Part shown: positions 55,386 to 64,000 of the stretch, in pieces
How the letters are laid out: each line of letters begins with the position of its first letter
Position numbering within the stretch: the first letter of the stretch is position 1
Assembly: GCA_951406725.2 (NCBI GenBank)
Contig: OX597825.1
Coordinates: 38,006,001-38,070,000 of the forward strand
From: Octopus vulgaris
Taxonomy: Eukaryota
DNA: 64,000 nucleotides
Direction of reading: 5' to 3'
Program-made: the position numbers and the translations under genes
Notes under the pieces: model-generated
What the model saw: the letters and a program-made list of their open reading frames with translations, nothing else
Told to the model about the DNA's origin: nothing
Database searches by the model: none

Positions 55386-56248
55386 CGACGTGTATTCTAG
55401 AAGTTTTGAGACTTCTTAGGAAAAGCAGTTATGACTGTTCTAGATTATTTTTATCTTTCGTATATCATTACTATACTGAAACGCCCTCTTGTTTTATTCC
55501 CGGTTGAAATATATGACTGTGACAGCACTCTCAATAGTCACAGCTGACTAGTGTGTACAATACACTCAGGACATTTGGAAGCTCACTATGCAATAACGTT
55601 TTGTCTTAAACAGGACAAAAAACTCCATAGACACTTATGAAATACTCCAGAATTCCACATGGGTTAACTTTTTTGCTGGTACAAGAGACTCGAGGCCAGT
55701 AGAAACGATGTGAGGGTGGGTAAGAGGTGTGAGCGGGAGAAGGACGTCAAAACATGAGAGGTGGTTGAAAAAAGTTGGAATTTTTTTAATGAAGACTGTC
55801 GGATGTCTTTAAAGACAGTAAGCATAGGGCTTTGTGTTACTCTGACAACTGTATCTGAATTGTTCATGAAAAACTGAACTTGTCACAAATTTGTGCAAAG
55901 TTATTCGCTGTGTGCATATTATCGTGTACCCTGGTATCTAACTACTTGACAGAATGGACATCGGAACTATTCCCCACCCATCCTACAATCAGGATTTGCT
56001 TTGACTTTTGGTTGTTCTTCAACTGGAGAAGAACCTCGGGATACGTCATTGTAAAGATGCCGGAGACTGTGACAAGGATCCTGGACACATTCACTTTGGA
56101 GAACAATCATGAGGCTTTCAGGAATTAACTCGAGTCCTCAAAGAAGAGCATTGAAGTCAAAGAATTCTACTTGGAAGGTAATTAGAGATTTTTACTTCCT
56201 TGAAATTAATAAATGTATCTCCTGAAAAAGTCTCAAAACTTTATCAGT
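55386..56248 (+). mobile_element. Deleted mariner (DD34D) element
   Basis: TIR core AAGTTTTGAGACTT / AAGTCTCAAAACTT. Decayed HPPYSPDLAPCDFWLF motif (HPSYNQDL..DFWLF) at ~55972-56020. Confidence 0.75.
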
Positions 56249-56322
56249 CTATATTAGGATGTATTAAAATTCATAACTTATTCTCACCCTTGTTATATTA
56301 TGAATTGAAGCTGGTAGTACAT

Positions 56323-56371
<49 letters not shown>

Positions 56372-56373
<2 letters not shown>

Positions 56374-56502
56374 TTATTTTATAGAAGGAGCTTCTGCAGG
56401 ACTAGAACTGTTTCATTCAAAAGAAATCATCAGGAAGCTCCTGATGATTTCTTTTGAATGAAACAGTTCTAGTCCTGTAGAAGCTCCTTCTATAAAATAA
56501 AT
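56372..56502. repeat. 131-bp near-perfect palindrome (64-bp arms, 3-nt loop) with an HHR-like core in each arm
   Basis: 56372-56435 is the reverse complement of 56439-56502 with one G:T. The arm begins TC-CTGATGA-TTTC-TTTT-GAAT-GAAA-CAG-TT. Confidence 0.95.
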
Positions 56503-56565
56503 TAATTTACTCTGCTATGTATTGAGTACCTTATTTACTGTGGTTAACCCCGACTCAACCCGGGA

Positions 56566-56647
<82 letters not shown>

Positions 56648-58074
56648 ATATTTAGACGGTAACACTACGCAACAATCTCGTACTGCGGGCAGTTGTACCT
56701 TGCTGTGTGTATATATTCAGAGAATTACGGCGTGCAGTATAATCGGGTAAACTACCGGTTATAACATATCAAGCGCTCGCGCTTGTATAAATTACTGTTT
56801 CGCCTGTATCACTGATACAGTTATTGTATCACAGCTATGTCATGATATTGAAAAACGATACAATGATTAGATAACATCCAGTACGTTAGTTAAACTTTAT
56901 ATAATGAAATATATTTATAAATAGGTTTCTTATATCTGCTATGAGTTTTAATTGTATGTTAACGAAGTGAGAACCATTTATTCACGGAGCAAACCTTCTG
57001 TTGTCAAATTGAATATTCACAATTAAAGATATATCTGTTACATAACCGTTCCTGGCTTTTGTAATAAAGTTATAAAAAAATAATGACTTCTTATCTCGGC
57101 GAAAATAAATCGATGAAAAGCATGTATTCAATTGCAAAAACTAAGGGATTGTTGAACCATATAAGGAAAACAAATTTTCTTCAAATTAATACAAACATTT
57201 ATACATTGGTTTTCTATATTAACTGCCGATAGAATTATAACTATTGGATTCCGAGAAAATAGAAATGAGATATGGTTTTAAAGAATTATTCAGAAAAGAA
57301 ATTGATGACAACCATAGCGATGAATGTTATTTTGCGTGAATAAGAGAATAGTTTTTTGCAAAACATTTAATATAATAGAGAGTAGCGAAACTACATTCAT
57401 TAATTATTAGAGACGGATAGAGTATTAATACTAAAAAGTGATCTGTCTATCCAACTTCACATGGATGCCTTGTTAGAACATCAAATACGGCGTTATTAGC
57501 TTATATGAGATACTCTCATATAACCGATTGGTGTATAAAAGCACACATATAGATTGTTGTAGGCAAAATTCGCCTGCCATGGGAGCCAGATATCGTATAT
57601 CACATGATTTTGGTTTTTTGGATCTCCTCAGTGTAAAGCAATACGCTAGTCAAATCTCGCTCCTACTGTATATAAGATTTTAACATCTTTTAGACATTCA
57701 TGTTTGTTTGGCATTTATGTTCGAAGGCTATGAATCTGTAGTGAAAGTATTTGCAAGGACGTAGTTTAAAATAGAGTTACTTCTAGAAAGGAAATTGTGT
57801 AGTGCATGCAATGTTGGCGTATAATGATATTATTAAAAAATATTGGAGTGAACAATATTCATAACTACAAGGAAAAGCATAGGCCCTTATTCCTGCTTAG
57901 AAACAGTGCGATGTAACTATAAGCCATACATTATATAACATTGTTGAGCAAGCTGTTGCCAAACAGTCTAATGATTTGGCTTACGTCAAAGACAATTTCG
58001 TATGTAACGACATTTCGTAGTTTATGACAAAAATCAGAATTTTTACGTTTATATTTACAATATTATCGTTCGTT

Positions 58075-58400
58075 TATAATTTGTTTCAGGCATCAGACTG
58101 CGGCCATGCTGAAGCACCATGTTAAAGTGTTTAGTCGAAATAATCTAACCCTCTTCTTATTTTCTTCGTCTGAACCGTACCCTATTGCTCTCTTATCCCA
58201 AACCTTCAAGGTTAGGAAACATAAACTCACCAACACCGGTTGTCAAGACGACGGTGGGTAAGAAATAAAAGGACACAAATATTTATATATACAGAGTGCT
58301 TCCAAATTGTTGGTGTCTACCTGCTTCACTCACAAGGAATCAGTCGAACAGGAGCTATATTAAAAGACACTAGTTCACCCTATTGTGCAGTGGGACTGAA
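58075..58400 (-). mobile_element. SINE family A, degenerate
   Basis: GACTGCGGCCATGCTGAAGCACC, CACCAACACCGGTTGTCAAG and GCAGTGGGACTGAA. Confidence 0.75.
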
Positions 58401-59848
58401 GCGAAACGACAATGCAAGCTTCGTAACCAAATCGAAAAAAAAAATGTTGATAGTTCCTAACCAACAAAGGTTTTGCATTAGTATAATTATGGATATACGA
58501 CCAAAATATGTGGAGTAACATTTGTGTATTCTTGTATTCACAACATAGCTGAGAGTAACAGTAAAGCACATAAATAGAAATAGCAACGCCATTATGAGAT
58601 GCTAATCCATCTAATTATAAATAATGTGTTACAAATGCATGGCACCTCGCATTTCAATCTAAAAGAAATATATGATTATCTTGTCATATCAAATCCACTA
58701 TAAGGTGTAGAAAATGAACATTTCTTCCACTGTTATAGCAGCTGTTCCTGGAAGAGAAAACGTGGTTGTTAAAGAGAGTGAAATAAGTAAAGTGTAGAGC
58801 GGGAGGAAATTGAGAAACCGGTAAAATTATCGAGTATGAGAAAGTAGGGTGAAATAAAGAAAAGAGGCTTTAGACCTTTGCTGGAATTGAAGTCTATGCG
58901 GAAAGAGCTGAAAGGAGATAAAAAGACAGCGAGACTGAAATATATCAATGGAGTCGAAAAGAAATGAGAGTCAAATATTTTGCAAAAAGTAAAGTGGGAA
59001 AGATTCAGTATTGAGGATCAAAGGCATAAAAGAATATTTTGAAAGAAACAGTGAGAGAAAATGAAAGAAAAGTACGTTACGTGAGTAAGTAAGGTTGATT
59101 CCTAGAGTTTCACATAAAAGCCAAGCTAGTGATAATGAAATGAGAATATCAGAGCAAGTGTGAAATAAAAATAAGTATACGTAATCATTAAGAAACATGA
59201 GGAATAAACAGCTTAGATAGCTATCACATGCTTGTAACCACAGCTAAACATCTCTTATGTGATATCCTGAAGACATAAAGACATAAAGAGGACACATAAA
59301 CAATCAAGTCAGCCTAAAGATCAAAATGGCCTAATTGAAAACAGATATTACTGATGTTTTGCATCATGTGTGTGTGTGTGTGTAAGTTTGCATGTGTGTG
59401 AATGTATATGGTTATGTTTTTGTCGATATACGTACAAATTCGTGTTATCTTTTTATGCTCTTCACCTTTTGGTATATTAATATATACAATAATTGTCATT
59501 TTTGTTCTTTATACATATATAATAAACACGAGACGGGTTAGAACACACTAAAGGTTATATGGGTTTAGGAATGGTATTGTTCAAAACAAAACTTTAAAAG
59601 ACGTGAAGGATATTATAAAAAAAACAATTAAAGCGAATAATTTGTGAATTCAATGTAAAATGCTTCAAAGGGTTGACTGCTATTTACACATATTTACACC
59701 AAAATATAATTACGCGCGCACACAAATATGCACATACCTATAAAAAAATGTATTACAATGTGTACGTAAGTGTAAAAAAAATTACGTATATATATATATG
59801 TTTGTGTGTGTGTATGTGTGTCTATATTTATGCATACATACATTCATA

Positions 59849-60362
59849 TAGGGTGCGATGGTTAAAATGTCGTCATTTTATATTTTCATTTTCTATTTCG
59901 CAAATGCAAATGTTTTTTGTTTTTCTTTTGTAGACTCCACAGTATAGAAGGGTCTGTTAGGCAGCGTCGGTGAGAAAAATAGCACCATGACACAATTCAC
60001 TACTGCAGAAATTTGGAAACGACATGGTGCACTATTTGGTATTCATACATGAAGCTCCAATACGATCAGATGAACACACAAAACAACCGTTGGCTTGCCG
60101 TATCCCCACAATATGTACCAAGAGTGATGAAAATCAAACATCCAGTCAACATCATGGTGTTTGGAGTGATCACAGGTGATAGCGTCGTTATTCCTCCATT
60201 CATCTTGCACACGGCTTCAAACTCAACACGGAATCCTACATCAAGTGCCTCCAAGAGTTAGTGCTGCCCTGGGTCAAGAGGGTGGCTACTGGAGGACCCT
60301 ATATCTAGCAACTCTGTACTACGCCGCACTAGCAAGGGAACCCAGTAATGGCTGTCAAACAA
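59849..60362 (+). mobile_element. Second copy of the maT/DD37D-like element, 3'-truncated
   Basis: TA-TAGGGTGCGATGGTTAAAATGTCGTCAT left end and VMKIKHPVNIMVFGVITGD. Collinear with 26378-26810. Confidence 0.85.
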
Positions 60363-60479
60363 TATACATATTCATATATATTACAAGTACGTAAGTGTAT
60401 CCTTATGTGTGTATATGAATATAGACATGTATGTATGTATGTATATATGTATGTATATGTCTCCTTTTGCAATATACTT

Positions 60480-60712
60480 CCTACAGCGATTAGACTGAAG
60501 CATTGTCTAAAATTTTGACACAAGGCCAGGTGTTTCAGCAGATTGAAAAGTCGATTACATCAGCACCAGTACACAGCAGGTACTTATTTCTTCGTCCCCG
60601 AAAGGAAGAAAATTAAAGTCGTCCGTAGCGGAATTTATACCCAGAATGTAAAGAATAATGAAATACTGCTATGCATTTTGCCTGGTGTTCAAACGATTCT
60701 GCCAGCTCACCG
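60480..60712 (-). mobile_element. SINE family B
   Basis: GGTACTTATTTCTTCGTCCCCGAAAGG...CGGAATTT...GATTCTGCCAGCTCACCG, collinear with 62820-63030. Confidence 0.75.
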
Positions 60713-60752
60713 TCTTATATGCTTCTATGGTGTGTATGTATGTATGTTTGTA

Positions 60753-60867
<115 letters not shown>

Positions 60868-61769
60868 GTGCGCGTGTATGTATGCGGTGCAGAGAACTAA
60901 GTATAATGAGAGGAACATAAAGACAGAACGATAGATGAGGCTTTGTGTGGGCGGGAAGGGAAGAGTGAAAGGAAGGCTAAACATTATGAATTCCTTAGCG
61001 TTCGGTGCGCAGGCTGAAAATCAATTTTAATTATATCAGTGAAAAACATTACAAGGACTTATTGATAAATATTCTGAAGTGAAAGCACATTCGATAATAG
61101 AGAAGACAGAAACAATAGGTAGTGAACGCCAAATTACACACATAACCAAAATACTTCAATGCAAGTGATGTCTACAAACACTTGTGTATTCAGGAAGGAA
61201 TCACAATCTATTGTTAAAAGTTCAAAGAAAAACCTCTGATTAGCCGTCTTCTTCTACTTGGCAAGTTAATTCAGGAGAGCCAATTGAACATAAGAATTAT
61301 ACAGTTGCTATTCAGAAAACTCGCTATCAACTTTGCGACTAATTAATTTCATTATCTCGCCTACGAATCTATGGTTGGTGTGTTCTAGATATGTTATGTT
61401 GGCTTTTTACACTCATGCACACTCACATACGCACACACACGCACACGCGCGTTCACATGCGTGTGTGTGTTTGATGTACGAGTGAGTATGTGTTTGTGTG
61501 CCTCTGTGTGTGTGCGCATGTACACTGACATATATAACACATATCTATATCATACGTCTGGAAACTCGCCAGTTTCGACGATGACCATTTAGGTGTTTGA
61601 GCCGAAGAGGCTGAATATTCCACAGAGAAGTATGTAATTTACTCAATTCTCAAGGTAATTCCAACTTGTACTTAAATTGTTTGATAAAATCTCTCCGTCC
61701 ATCCACCCCCTCTCTTGACAAATATTTAGATACTCACAAATACAGAGCGTTTTTTGGTTTTCTTTATGT

Positions 61770-61985
61770 TTTACCTTTTACTTATTTCAGCCAGCTGTCA
61801 ACGGCCATGCTGGTGCACCACCTGAAAGTTTTTAGTTGAAACAAAACAATGTCAAGATTAGAATTTTTTTTTAACGTTCTTGTACTTATTCTATCCGGTT
61901 GTTTTCGCGAACCACTAGGATACGGACATGGAAACACATCAATACCAGTTGTCTTGCGGTGGTGCGCGATAAACACACACACGCA
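61770..61985 (-). mobile_element. SINE family A, 3' half
   Basis: CGGCCATGCTGGTGCACCACC...GTACTTATTCTATC...CGAACCACTAG...ACCAGTTGTC. Confidence 0.7.
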
Positions 61986-62211
61986 CACACAAGCCCATAG
62001 GCATACACTTGCAGCTTCTGTACGACATGCAGTACGACATGTCGTTTTCAAATTTCTGGCAGAGTGAACTGCGCTATGGTATTGTTTTTCTCACAGCTGG
62101 TGCCCAACTGATCTTACCATACTATGTAGTAGACAAAATCAAAAACAAACAATACGTATATGCGAAATAAAGACTATAATCTGCCGACAATTTAACCAGC
62201 GCATCCTTTAT

Positions 62212-62289
<78 letters not shown>

Positions 62290-62290
<1 letters not shown>

Positions 62291-62674
62291 TAGCAGTATC
62301 GCGTGGCGTTGCTCGGGTTTGTAAGGGAAATAACTATATAAGCATTTTTAGAGAGTTATAGCCAAAAGATAGCAAAAAATGCATTAAAAATGGAAAACAA
62401 ATGATGGTAAATTTTTTTTTTAAATCGTTGACTCATCGTAGACATTTTTAGAGAGTTACCTCCCTTATATAATAGCGAAAAAATGCATTAAAATGGAAAA
62501 AAATGATGGTAATCGTAGACTCATCGTAGACGCGCGCTAATACCCAGAATGGCTCGATATGAATCACGACTATAAGATACCCGGTTTTGGTTAAACTGCA
62601 CCGCAAAATGTGGGAGTAGTTAGGAATCTAAATCGTAGGAGACAGACACACAACTTGACTTTTATATATATAAA
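62290..62674 (-). mobile_element. Non-autonomous Helitron (~385 bp) in a (TA)n tract
   Basis: 5' TTTATATATATAAAAGTCAAGTTGTGTGTCTGTCT. 3' CCCGAGCAACGCCACGCG-ATACTG-CTAG|T. Internal tandem duplications (CATTTTTAGAGAGTTA x2; AATGCATTAAAA..TGATGGTAA x2). Confidence 0.85.
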
Positions 62675-62819
62675 TATATATTTGTGTATGTCGTAGCATT
62701 TGTATTGTAACTGCAGCTCTCATGAACACGTATCTACTTACGTGAAGTCACTTGGACTGTCACGACTAATCTAGAAATAGAATATAAGCTCTTTAGCTAA
62801 CGCAGTCATAGATATAAAG

Positions 62820-63030
62820 CTTTTCTGCTCAAGGCACAAGGTCCAAAATTTTGGGGAAGGGGGCAGTCGATTAGATCGACCAGTACGGAACTGGTACTTA
62901 ATTTATCGACCCCGAAAGGGTGAAAGGTAAAGTCGACCTCGGCGGAATTTGAAATCAAAACGTAAAGACAGACGAAATACCGCTAAGCACTTCGCCCTGC
63001 GTGCTAACATTTCTGCCAAGCTCGCCGCCT
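62820..63030 (-). mobile_element. SINE family B (MetaSINE-like), full length
   Basis: Reverse complement: GGCGGCGAGCTTGGCAGAAATGTTAGCAC...GATTTCAAATTCCGCCGAGGTCGACTTTACCTTTCACCCTTTCGGGGTCGATAAATTAAGTACCAG. Confidence 0.85.
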
Positions 63031-64000
63031 TGTAGCCGTAGATATAAGTGACGCCATGTTGGTCATGACATGATCGCTGTTTTCGAATTGGATATTACTC
63101 ACGTTCTACATATCAAATTTAACACTAGAATTGAATTTGTTCTGCTATTGCTCACCTTTCGAAACTGACCAATAAACAAAGAATAATGGGACTTTGTCAA
63201 TGTTTTTATTACCAACAATCTTTTAGCTTACACATTCAATTCGCTGTTGTTTTAATATATGACTGTAACTCTATTTCATATACACAAGGGTGCTGAAATG
63301 CTTTCCATCTCGTGGAAAACTTTTCCCTTTTGTATAACATTCAATTCTAATGAAATTTGTTGCGTAATACATTTCTATCATTAATTGTTCAATGTGTAGA
63401 TCTATTGAAGATTGCTTCGAAACTAATAGTAACTTCACATTTGACGGTGTTTTGGCGAAATTGCTACAAGGTTCGAAACATATATTTGCAGTTTTTAAAC
63501 ATACAATATTTATTACCGCCATCTGTACATCCTGTAATCTATACACGAAATACCAGTCGAGTACTTCGGTTAATTCAATCAAATACAATCTACGACTACT
63601 TGTTTGGAAAGGTGCCAATATTAAAAATCTATACTTTTGCCACTTAGGAAATAAAATACGTTCATTAATGATACATCTTATGAACGATATTTTGTTTTGC
63701 ACATACATTTCTGCTGCCTGTGTGGCGATTAAATAGTTGATATATAAAATATAGGTTATATTATATTCGGAGTTGCACTTCAATGACAAGCGACAAGATC
63801 TGAGAACGTACGTTAAAACTATAACAATTGCTTCGTTGAGGAGGCATTGTAGCCTTACAATATTTGTTTTATATCATGATAGAAGAGATAGGAGGACGTG
63901 CCAAATAACTTATAGTAGAGCTACGGCCTGGTCATTGACTTAATTCCACTGTGTACGGTATTTAATGAATAAAAAAAAACTAAAAACAACTGAATCATAA

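Overview
AT-rich, microsatellite-saturated eukaryotic (metazoan) DNA with no host gene I can recognise, so it is probably intergenic or intronic. The SINE families and the dense (TA)n, (CA)n, (GATA)n and (TAA)n tracts resemble an octopus/cephalopod genome; this is recognition, not a database result. Nearly all interpretable content is transposon debris: a deleted RepHel Helitron and two non-autonomous Helitron-like elements, several Tc1/mariner/pogo derivatives, a MITE with an 8-bp TSD, fragments of Dong/R4, RTE, CR1/L2, L1/Tx1 and Penelope retroelements, a possible hAT remnant, and three tRNA-type SINE families. Most ORFs in the supplied track are microsatellite artefacts. The signal the ORF track misses is a set of about 8-10 minimal type-I hammerhead-ribozyme (HHR)-like motifs in short non-coding elements, mostly next to microsatellites. 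Several have non-canonical cores. One locus (12375-13010) has HHR-like motifs on both strands and a tandem same-strand pair, and another HHR-like motif sits inside a near-perfect 131-bp palindrome. All folds were worked out by hand and need computational and experimental confirmation.
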